DNA of 64,000 bases from Lentisphaerota bacterium (lineage in GTDB: Bacteria; Verrucomicrobiota; Kiritimatiellia; RFP12; JAAYNR01): contig VGWG01000006.1 in the NCBI GenBank assembly GCA_016873675.1, positions 1,200 to 65,199 of the forward strand. Direction: 5' to 3'. Below are positions 57,020 to 64,000 of the stretch, in pieces (position 1 is the first letter of the stretch; every line of letters begins with the position of its first letter). A program made the translations under genes and the position numbers. The notes beneath the pieces are model-generated. The model was not told where the DNA came from, did not search any database, and saw nothing but the letters and a program-made list of their open reading frames with translations.

Positions 57020-57598
57020 ATGGATGCGATCAGGACGCTCACAAGCCCGTTTGACGAGCGACAGGTACGCGCCTTGAAGGCGGGCGAATCGGTCCGGCTA
57101 TCGGGGACGATCTATACCGGCCGCGACCGGCTGCACGCCTTTCTTCACAGCGGCGGCGAGACGCCGGTCTCGCTGCGCGATGCGGCGATCTACCACTGCG
57201 GGCCGGTCGTGGTTCCGGCGGACGGCGGCGGCTGGCGGGTGGTGGCCGCCGGCCCGACCACGTCATCGCGCGAAGAGCCCTATATGGCAGGGCTCATCGC
57301 GCGCCACGGCGTGCGCGTGATCCTCGGTAAGGGGGGGATGGGCGACAAGACCCGCGAGGCCTGCCGCACCCACGGTTGCGTCTATCTGCAGGCCGTCGGC
57401 GGCGCGGCGGCATCACTGGCCAAACGGGTGACCGCCGTGCGGCGCGTGTTTTTCCTGGATGAATTTGGAGCGACCGAGGCGATGTGGGAATGGACGGTCG
57501 ACGCGTTTGAAGCGGTTGTGGGGATGGATACGCACGGCCGGAGCCTGTTTGACGAGATCCGCCGGTCATCGGAATCGCGACTGGCGGAGTTGGTTTAG
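57020..57598 (+). CDS. Fe-S hydro-lyase beta subunit (class I fumarate hydratase / tartrate dehydratase beta-type C-terminal domain)
   Basis: 192 aa. Swivel-beta/beta/alpha-domain motifs GTIYTGRD ... IYHCGP ... ILGKGGMG. The partner alpha-type gene is at 36129-37001. Confidence 0.8.
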   Translation: MDAIRTLTSPFDERQVRALKAGESVRLSGTIYTGRDRLHAFLHSGGETPVSLRDAAIYHCGPVVVPADGGGWRVVAAGPTTSSREEPYMAGLIARHGVRVILGKGGMGDKTREACRTHGCVYLQAVGGAAASLAKRVTAVRRVFFLDEFGATEAMWEWTVDAFEAVVGMDTHGRSLFDEIRRSSESRLAELV

Positions 57599-57628
57599 CG
57601 CGGGTTTGTTGATTCTCACGTACGGCAA

Positions 57629-59725
57629 TCAGGCGCCAACCCGGGTTGGCGGCAGACGTGGCGGTTTGCCGGCGCGCGTCAGCCACGCTTCCGCCGCAGC
57701 CGGGTCGAGTCGCGCCCGATATCTCAGGCGCTGGTAGCCCTCCACCTGATCGCGCAAGTCCGCAAACGTCTCGGGCGGCAGCGCGGGCTGTATGCGCGTC
57801 AGCCAGGCCCCCCAGCCCTCGGCTTCGCGGCGGCGCAGATGCTCGAAGACCGCGCGCCGCGCGATGCGGCGCATCGCATCGGTTAGCGCTGCGCGCAGGA
57901 GGGACTCGTGCGTCGTCCGGCGGCGACGCGCGCGCCTCCGGAACCAGATGGCGGCCAGCCCGCCGACCGGCAGCAGAAAGCCTCCCGGACCTCGGAACAG
58001 CCGCCACGCCACGTCGACGAGCGACTCCCCCCCTGCGGCGATCACGGCCAGGAAGCTCATCGTCTTGAGCGTGGCAATCATCCGATCCCACAGGGCCATG
58101 CAGAGATCCCGAGTGCGGCGCACCAGTCCCGGCTTGGGATAGGCCGCTGGCCGACCATCCGGCGGCGTCGCCTCGACCAGCATCCACCGTCCCGCCTCGC
58201 GGTCCCACGCCTCCACCCAGGCGTGCGCCTCGCGCTCTCGCACCACCCACCGTTGTAGCCAGGGATCCCATTCGTCGCACGCATACCCGCCCACCACGCG
58301 GGCCGGGATGCCGATCGACCGGAGCATCAGCGCCGCCGCGCTTGCGAAATGCACGCAAAATCCCTCACGCCGCGCCATGAAATCGATCAGCGGGTCCGGC
58401 TTCGCCTGCAGGAGAACATCCGTGCGATACGCGAATGTCCGGGCGAAATGATCCTCAAGCGTCCGCACCGCCGCGCGCGCGGTTGGCGCTCCCGACAATC
58501 CCGCGCACGCCTGTGTCCAATTGGAGACCGCTCCCGCCAGCGCAATCGGCAACGCGAGATAAGCGGGATCGCCGAATCCATCCGGAGCCGGGTGGGCGTG
58601 CGCATCCGAGCGTGTCACGACGTCGACCTCGTACTGAAGGGGCAATGCGCCCTCGACCGTCAGCATGCCGTTGATATCTGCCCGGGGCTCCCCGCCGCCT
58701 TCGAATGCGAGCGTCACGGCGTTGCCGGGCACGCAGAAGGCCACCAGCATCCGCGGCGAGAGCACTTCGACCCGCACCTGATGGTCCACAGCCCCGGTCG
58801 GAACGGGCACCAGCGGATAGTCCTCGCCCGCGCGCCCCGAATCCCCGGCGCGAGGTTGAACCGGACCGCCCGGACTGGGCGCAAGCCAGCGACCGTCGGC
58901 GTAGGTCGTGAACACGCTCTCGCGCAAATAACCGGGCGACTGTTTGGCCTGGAGCAGCAGGACGATCCGCATCCGTCCGCTGAACCCCCGTGGCAGGGGG
59001 CGAGACAGCGGCAGGTCCGTGCCGCGCTGCTGGGCCTGTCCTCCCCGCGTCTGATAGGCCAGCCCCAACAGCCGTCGCTGCGCGGCCATCGCCACGTGCT
59101 CGATCGGCACGCGCAACCCGATCGCGAGGGCCAGCATCGCGGCCAGCCAGCCGCACCGCACCGTCAGTTCCCGCCAGCCAAACGGCCCTCGACCCGATTG
59201 CGTTTCCGCCGCCTGCCGCGCGTGCTCGAGTGCGCACACCAACCCCACAAACACCCAGATGCTGATGTGCGCGGCGATGGCGGGGGGGCGGCCGAACACG
59301 CCGTCTCGCCCGATCGTCAGCATCATCATGGGCAATGCGCCAGCCACGATTCGGGTGACGCCAACAGCGCTCATCCGGAAGAAGATCGCGCTCGCGGCCA
59401 ATGCATAGGCGGCGGTGGCGGTCCGGTCGATCACGTAGTTTTGCTTCCAGACGTCCACCGGCTCTGCCACCCGCACCAGGTTGGCGGCGAGACAGATCAC
59501 CGTGACGGCCAGCCACGTCCAGATCAGCCAGCGCGCGTTTCCCGGAAAGGGCCGCGGCAATACCACTGCGAGTCCAGCCAGCATGGCCGTCGTCCAGAGC
59601 AACCCCAATCCGTTCCCGTCGCGGCAATAGCCCCACGCGCACCACAGCAGCACCGCAGCCCCACACGCCACAACCCAGCGGCTTCGCGGCCGTCGATCCT
59701 CTTTCTGATGTGGTGTTGTCGCCAT
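57629..59725 (-). CDS. Transglutaminase-like membrane protein (TgpA-like: DUF3488 / transglutaminase core / DUF4129)
   Basis: Multi-TM N-terminus and a transglutaminase Cys-His-Asp core (GFCVHFASAAALMLRSIGIPARVVGGY ... EAHAWVEAW). Confidence 0.8.
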   Translation of the reverse strand: MATTPHQKEDRRPRSRWVVACGAAVLLWCAWGYCRDGNGLGLLWTTAMLAGLAVVLPRPFPGNARWLIWTWLAVTVICLAANLVRVAEPVDVWKQNYVIDRTATAAYALAASAIFFRMSAVGVTRIVAGALPMMMLTIGRDGVFGRPPAIAAHISIWVFVGLVCALEHARQAAETQSGRGPFGWRELTVRCGWLAAMLALAIGLRVPIEHVAMAAQRRLLGLAYQTRGGQAQQRGTDLPLSRPLPRGFSGRMRIVLLLQAKQSPGYLRESVFTTYADGRWLAPSPGGPVQPRAGDSGRAGEDYPLVPVPTGAVDHQVRVEVLSPRMLVAFCVPGNAVTLAFEGGGEPRADINGMLTVEGALPLQYEVDVVTRSDAHAHPAPDGFGDPAYLALPIALAGAVSNWTQACAGLSGAPTARAAVRTLEDHFARTFAYRTDVLLQAKPDPLIDFMARREGFCVHFASAAALMLRSIGIPARVVGGYACDEWDPWLQRWVVREREAHAWVEAWDREAGRWMLVEATPPDGRPAAYPKPGLVRRTRDLCMALWDRMIATLKTMSFLAVIAAGGESLVDVAWRLFRGPGGFLLPVGGLAAIWFRRRARRRRTTHESLLRAALTDAMRRIARRAVFEHLRRREAEGWGAWLTRIQPALPPETFADLRDQVEGYQRLRYRARLDPAAAEAWLTRAGKPPRLPPTRVGA

Positions 59726-59744
59726 GAAGGTCCCCGCCTTCCGC

Positions 59745-61073
59745 TTAGACTGCCGACGTTTCGCCCCGTAGCACGGCCAGCGCCATCAGGCACTGCGCCT
59801 CGGGCGGCAGTCCATCCGGCCGTCTTCCGTCCGGTGTAAGCAGCACGATCTTGAGTCCGACCTCCCAGGCTTCCAACTCAGCGACCAGCGCCGCGCGCCG
59901 CGCATCCCATGTGGTCAACACCAAGCACACGCTCTGAATCAGCCGGATTTCTTCGAACAGCAGCGGCTCCAGCTTGTCCAAGGGATCCTCCCGGCAGCAC
60001 TCGATTCCGGCGAGAATGTCCAGCACGTCTTCGAAATACCCCACGCGGCCCGCGCTGACGAAGCGATACACATCGGGACCGGCGATCAGCAGTTCGAGGA
60101 CGCGATCAGTCACCGACAGCGCCTCGACGATCGCCGCCGTCAGCGCGAGCGCGGCCTCAAAGGGGTTGACCTGTGGATGAAAATCCAGGCCCAGGCGCCG
60201 GATCGGGCGCCGGGTGTCCACCAGCAATGCCGTCCGCGAGCGCCCCTCGGACTGAAACTCCTTCACCACCGGAACCCCCAGTCGGGCGGACGAGCGGGGG
60301 TGCACATGGCGCAGGGCATCGCCCTCCCGATATTCGCGGCAGCCGTGAAACTCAAACGCCTCGCGTGACAAGTCCATCGACGCCGACAGCTCATGGCGGT
60401 TGCGGGGCCCCAACGGCAGGTCGAGCGATTCGAGGCGCGTATAGCGGGGATAGACAAACAGCACGCGCTCAACACGATCCGTTCGCCCCCATCGCCAGAA
60501 ACCGCACGGAAAATCGCTGTCCCAACGCAACGCCGGCAGGGTGTAAACGCCGCGCGCCAGTGCGCTCCCGCCGCTGGAGACGGTCTCTTCCTCTCCCGGA
60601 CCCAAGACGCCCAGCGTGGCGGAGCGCACCCGCAGGTGGGTCCATCCCGAGTAGACCAGCGTTTCGATGCTGATGCTGCGCGCGGTCCGACGGCCCGTGT
60701 TGCGTACCTGATAGCGCGTCTCAAACCGGCTGCCGCACTCCACGCGCGCGGGCATCTGACACGTCACGGCGAGGCTCGGACAGAGGAACAGCCCGAGCGC
60801 GATGCAGGCCACGATCCACGCAGTAACGGCGAATCCCACCAAAAACAGCGAAGTGACAAAAAATTCGGTGAGCATGAGGAAGACCGTCGGCACGACACCT
60901 ATCAGAACCGTGAGATACAGCCGCAGCGTCGCGTGGGAGGTCAGCCAGTAGTATAGCCCATGCACGAGCGGGAAGCGGTTGACGAGGCGCTCCTGCCGAC
61001 CATGCTGATGGCCCACGGGCGGATACCGCAGCAGCCGCCAGAGGGCCGCGCCGCGCTGACCGATTCCCTTCAT
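59745..61073 (-). CDS. DUF58 (vWA-like) domain protein
   Basis: Two N-terminal TM helices followed by a DUF58-like region. Canonical partner of the MoxR ATPase. Overlaps the MoxR stop. Confidence 0.75.
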   Translation of the reverse strand: MKGIGQRGAALWRLLRYPPVGHQHGRQERLVNRFPLVHGLYYWLTSHATLRLYLTVLIGVVPTVFLMLTEFFVTSLFLVGFAVTAWIVACIALGLFLCPSLAVTCQMPARVECGSRFETRYQVRNTGRRTARSISIETLVYSGWTHLRVRSATLGVLGPGEEETVSSGGSALARGVYTLPALRWDSDFPCGFWRWGRTDRVERVLFVYPRYTRLESLDLPLGPRNRHELSASMDLSREAFEFHGCREYREGDALRHVHPRSSARLGVPVVKEFQSEGRSRTALLVDTRRPIRRLGLDFHPQVNPFEAALALTAAIVEALSVTDRVLELLIAGPDVYRFVSAGRVGYFEDVLDILAGIECCREDPLDKLEPLLFEEIRLIQSVCLVLTTWDARRAALVAELEAWEVGLKIVLLTPDGRRPDGLPPEAQCLMALAVLRGETSAV

Positions 61074-62029
61074 GCGGGAACGGGCTCCGCCCGCAGCACC
61101 TCGGCGACCACCGTTTCGCCGGAAAGTCCGCCGTGGCGGGCCTTGATGTCCACAAGCAGCCGGTGCGCGAGCACGGGGACGGCCAGCCGCTGCACATCGT
61201 CGGGCCGAACCGCATCGCGGTCCGCCAGGAAGGCGGCGGCCTGCGCGCAGCGTCGCAAGTCCAGCGCCCCGCGCGGGCTCGCCCCGAGCCTCAGCCGTGG
61301 CTCGCGCCGCGTTCGCTCCACGAGACGCACGATGTAATCCAGAACCGACGCCTCTACCTCGACGCGCCGCACCGCCTCCTGCATCCGCGCCAGCGCCTCG
61401 GTCTCCAGCACCGGCGTCAGCACATCCAGCGGATGCGCGGTCTCCTGGTCACGCAGCAGTTGCAGTTCGTCCTCGCGGGCGGGATAGCCCAGCGCCAGTT
61501 TCATACAGAAGCGGTCGAGTTGCGCCTCGGGCAGCGGGTAGGTGCCGTTGTGCTCGATCGGGTTTTGCGTCGCGACCACCCAGAACGGGCGGGGAAGCGG
61601 ACGCGATTCGCCCTCGGTGGTCACCTGCCGCTCGCTCATCGCCTCCAGCAGCGCCGACTGGGTGCGCGGCGACGCGCGGTTGATCTCGTCCGCCAGCACG
61701 ATGTTCGCCTGCACCGGCCCCGGCCGAAAGGTGAAGCTGCCCGTGGCGGCTGAGTACACCATGCCGCCGGTGATGTCGGTGGGCAGGAGGTCGGGCGTGA
61801 ACTGGATGCGGGAGAACCGGGCCTTGAGCGAGACGGCCAGGGCTTTCGCCAGCGTCGTCTTGCCCGTGCCGGGAACGTCCTCGATCAGCACATGGCCGTC
61901 GGATAGCAGCGCCGTTAGCAGCAGGTCAATCACCCCGGACTTGCCCCGGATCACCCGTCCCAGGTTCGCCTTCAGTTGCGATAGCACCGCAATCGGTTCA
62001 CGCTCGTCCCGTCCCGTTGGATCTGCCAT
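61070..62029 (-). CDS. MoxR-family AAA+ ATPase
   Basis: Walker A VPGTGKTT, Walker B VLADEINRA and sensor motifs. 319 aa. Confidence 0.9.
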   Translation of the reverse strand: MADPTGRDEREPIAVLSQLKANLGRVIRGKSGVIDLLLTALLSDGHVLIEDVPGTGKTTLAKALAVSLKARFSRIQFTPDLLPTDITGGMVYSAATGSFTFRPGPVQANIVLADEINRASPRTQSALLEAMSERQVTTEGESRPLPRPFWVVATQNPIEHNGTYPLPEAQLDRFCMKLALGYPAREDELQLLRDQETAHPLDVLTPVLETEALARMQEAVRRVEVEASVLDYIVRLVERTRREPRLRLGASPRGALDLRRCAQAAAFLADRDAVRPDDVQRLAVPVLAHRLLVDIKARHGGLSGETVVAEVLRAEPVPA

Positions 62030-62320
62030 TTTCAGTCTCCTCGCATGACCGGTTAAAGTTCTCAGAGCGCGTCACTAGGGTTCTCGACCAGCGCTTGGGT
62101 AGTTGGATGCCTCCGGAAATAGAAAACAACCGCTGCCGCGCCGCCGATAGCTAATGGCAGACACCCAACGTAAGGGAAAACAGCGTTCTATGCCGCACGC
62201 ACCGTCGAAATAAGGAATGCCCAAAATGCGTAATATGCCAGCCCCAGCAAAAGCAACACAAAGGGGTGTCGCCTTCCCGACCATGGCGAGAGGATAGTCG
62301 TGAGAAGGGGGGGTGTCAAG

Positions 62321-62342
62321 AAGGATGTGGGAAGGATGTGGG
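62321..62342. repeat. Perfect 11-bp tandem repeat AAGGATGTGGG x2 in a low-GC intergenic region
   Basis: Seen directly in the sequence, 70 nt upstream of the DUF4143 ATPase start. Confidence 0.6.
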
Positions 62343-62409
62343 GAGGCAGTTCTATGTCTCGCAAAACTTTATGGTTGATAATTGAGCGCAACGGTGGCAA
62401 TATTCACGC

Positions 62410-63561
62410 ATGAAGATGCCAAGAAAACGACTTGTTAGCAGCGTTCAGGAGGCGTTGCGGCGCAGCCGCTGCGTCGGGCTGGTCGGCCCGCGCCAATGCG
62501 GCAAGAGCACGTTGGCGCGGGAGGTCGCCGGGGCGGATGCGGCCGCTTATTTTGATCTCGAAGATCCGGTGTCTGAGGCCCGCCTGCGCGATGCGAAGCT
62601 CGCATTGGAACCGCTCAGCGGCCTCGTCGTGATTGACGAGGTGCAGCGGCGGCCCGACCTGCTGCCGCTGCTGCGGGTCTTGGCGGACCGTGATCCGCTT
62701 CCCGCGCGGTTTCTGCTGCTGGGCAGCGCCGCGCCCGAACTGCTTCGCCATGCGTCGGAGAGCCTGGCCGGGCGCATTGAGTTTATTGAAATGCGCGGCT
62801 TCACTCTTGATGAGACGGGGGACGCGCAGGCGCGCCAGCTCTGGAGCCGGGGCGGATTCCCGTTGGCTTATCTGGCTGCGAACGACCGCGACAGCCTGAA
62901 ATGGCGCAACGCCTTTCTCCAGGCGTTTGTCGAGCGAGACCTGCGACAGTTGGGAGTGGATTTGCCGCCTGCGACGGTGCGGCGTCTGCTGACGATGCTG
63001 GCCCACTATCACGGGCAGACGTGGAATGCGTCCGAAGTGGGACGCTCGATGCAGCTTTCCCACACGACCGTCAAACGGCATCTTGACCTGCTGACCGGCG
63101 CATTGCTGGTGCGCCAATTGCCTCCGTGGTTTGAGAATGTCGGAAAACGGCTGGTCAAGGCGCCAAAAATCTACCTGCGCGACACCGGCCTGCTGCACGC
63201 GCTGCTGGGGCTGCAGACCCTGGCGGATGTCGAGTCACACCCCGTTCTCGGCGCATCGTGGGAGGGGTTTTCGCTGGAAACGCTCATCGCCTGGCGGGAT
63301 GAACCGGCTGCGTACTTCTGGGGCACGCACGGCGGGGCGGAACTGGACCTCTGCTGGATGTCCGGGCCGCGTCGGCTGGGCGTCGAATGCAAATACACCA
63401 GCAGCCCGTCTGTGACAAAGTCCATGCGCGTCTCGCTCGAAGACCTGGCGCTCGACCACCTCTATGTGGTCCATCCGGGACGGGGACTTTTTCCACTCGC
63501 CGACCGGATCACCGCCGCCGGGTTGTCGGACATGCGGGCCATCCTGGCAGATGAGCACTGA
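62410..63561 (+). CDS. AAA-superfamily ATPase with a DUF4143-type C-terminal domain
   Basis: Walker A GPRQCGKST and Walker B VVIDEVQ. The overall layout matches the widespread ATPase-plus-DUF4143 family. Confidence 0.75.
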   Translation: MKMPRKRLVSSVQEALRRSRCVGLVGPRQCGKSTLAREVAGADAAAYFDLEDPVSEARLRDAKLALEPLSGLVVIDEVQRRPDLLPLLRVLADRDPLPARFLLLGSAAPELLRHASESLAGRIEFIEMRGFTLDETGDAQARQLWSRGGFPLAYLAANDRDSLKWRNAFLQAFVERDLRQLGVDLPPATVRRLLTMLAHYHGQTWNASEVGRSMQLSHTTVKRHLDLLTGALLVRQLPPWFENVGKRLVKAPKIYLRDTGLLHALLGLQTLADVESHPVLGASWEGFSLETLIAWRDEPAAYFWGTHGGAELDLCWMSGPRRLGVECKYTSSPSVTKSMRVSLEDLALDHLYVVHPGRGLFPLADRITAAGLSDMRAILADEH

Positions 63562-63569
63562 TCGCGCGC

Positions 63570-64000
63570 TCACGGGCGCGGCGTCAGGAACCCGCCATGG
63601 CGGCGGGGAGAAGCCGTGTCGTCGTCGTCATTCGAACGCGATGTGTCCGTGCTGCCGGGAACGGGGGATTTCTCTTCCGGGAGCGCTTTTCCGGCGACCG
63701 GCTCTCCCCGGGGCGTGCGAACGGTCTCCGTTTGGGTCTCTGGCGTCCTGACGGGATTCGTCTTGATTTCCTGCGGTTTCACCGGCCCCGTCTGAGTCTC
63801 TTGCGGTGTAACGGACTCCATCCGGGATTTCATCCTGCTCGTATTAAACGCATTCCTTAGCGAATCGAGATGAGCCGGTGGCTCGACGGGTGTGATCCTG
63901 GGCGGCATGCGGGGCGTGGTGTCCGGTGGCTCGATGGGTGTGATCTTGGGCGGCGGCATGCGGGGCGTGGGGACCGGTGGCTCGACGGGTGTGATCTTGG
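63570..64000 (-). CDS. Partial ORF (3' end only) encoding Pro/Thr-rich ~16-aa tandem repeats
   Basis: C-terminal 129+ aa with repeated ITPIEPPDTTPRMPP units. The start lies beyond the window end. Confidence 0.4.
   Translation of the reverse strand, partial: KITPVEPPVPTPRMPPPKITPIEPPDTTPRMPPRITPVEPPAHLDSLRNAFNTSRMKSRMESVTPQETQTGPVKPQEIKTNPVRTPETQTETVRTPRGEPVAGKALPEEKSPVPGSTDTSRSNDDDDTASPRRHGGFLTPRP
63875..64000. repeat. Tandem ~48-51 bp DNA repeats (at least 2.5 copies, running off the window) underlying the Pro-rich protein repeats
   Basis: Unit CCGGTGGCTCGA(C/T)GGGTGTGATC(C/T)TGGGCGGC(GGC)ATGCGGGGCGTGG ... recurs starting at about 63875, 63923 and 63974. Confidence 0.7.

Noticed and set aside
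1-64000. CRISPR arrays or cas genes.
   Set aside because: No regularly spaced 25-40 bp direct repeats with unique spacers were seen. The only tandem repeats are protein-coding (63875-64000) or two-copy short duplications.

Overview
High-GC (~65-70%) bacterial chromosomal segment that is densely coding, mostly housekeeping. Recognised genes: an ECF sigma/anti-sigma pair, a MacAB-type efflux pump plus a secretin, HtrA, a divergent ThyA-family enzyme, rhamnulokinase, a GT4 glycosyltransferase, uppP, tRNA-Asp, deoA, cdd, dapA, dapB, folK, a PQQ-type beta-propeller protein, a NucA-family nuclease, a biotin-carboxylase subunit, xerC, waaA, GH43, an esterase, blc, thiSGH, tpiA, secG, a fabH/fabF/fabZ/plsC cluster with etfAB plus an acyl-CoA dehydrogenase, a GH29-like hydrolase, a MoxR/DUF58/transglutaminase operon and a DUF4143 ATPase. 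The stand-out is an ~8.4 kb segment (about 37.70-46.13 kb) bounded by imperfect ~100-130 bp direct repeats. It carries a four-gene minus-strand operon whose sizes, order and motifs match the Wadjet JetABCD anti-plasmid defence system, plus a Cys-cluster hypothetical protein, and is followed immediately by a VapBC toxin-antitoxin pair. Secondary oddities: a low-GC ~1.1 kb islet with a lipoprotein gene (11.56-12.70 kb); a standalone PurH-N-terminal (IMP-cyclohydrolase-like) domain protein next to a class I fumarase alpha subunit whose beta partner lies 20 kb away; and several structured intergenic repeats. ORF-track coordinates were used for genes. Hand-mapped non-ORF features may be off by 1-2 nt.
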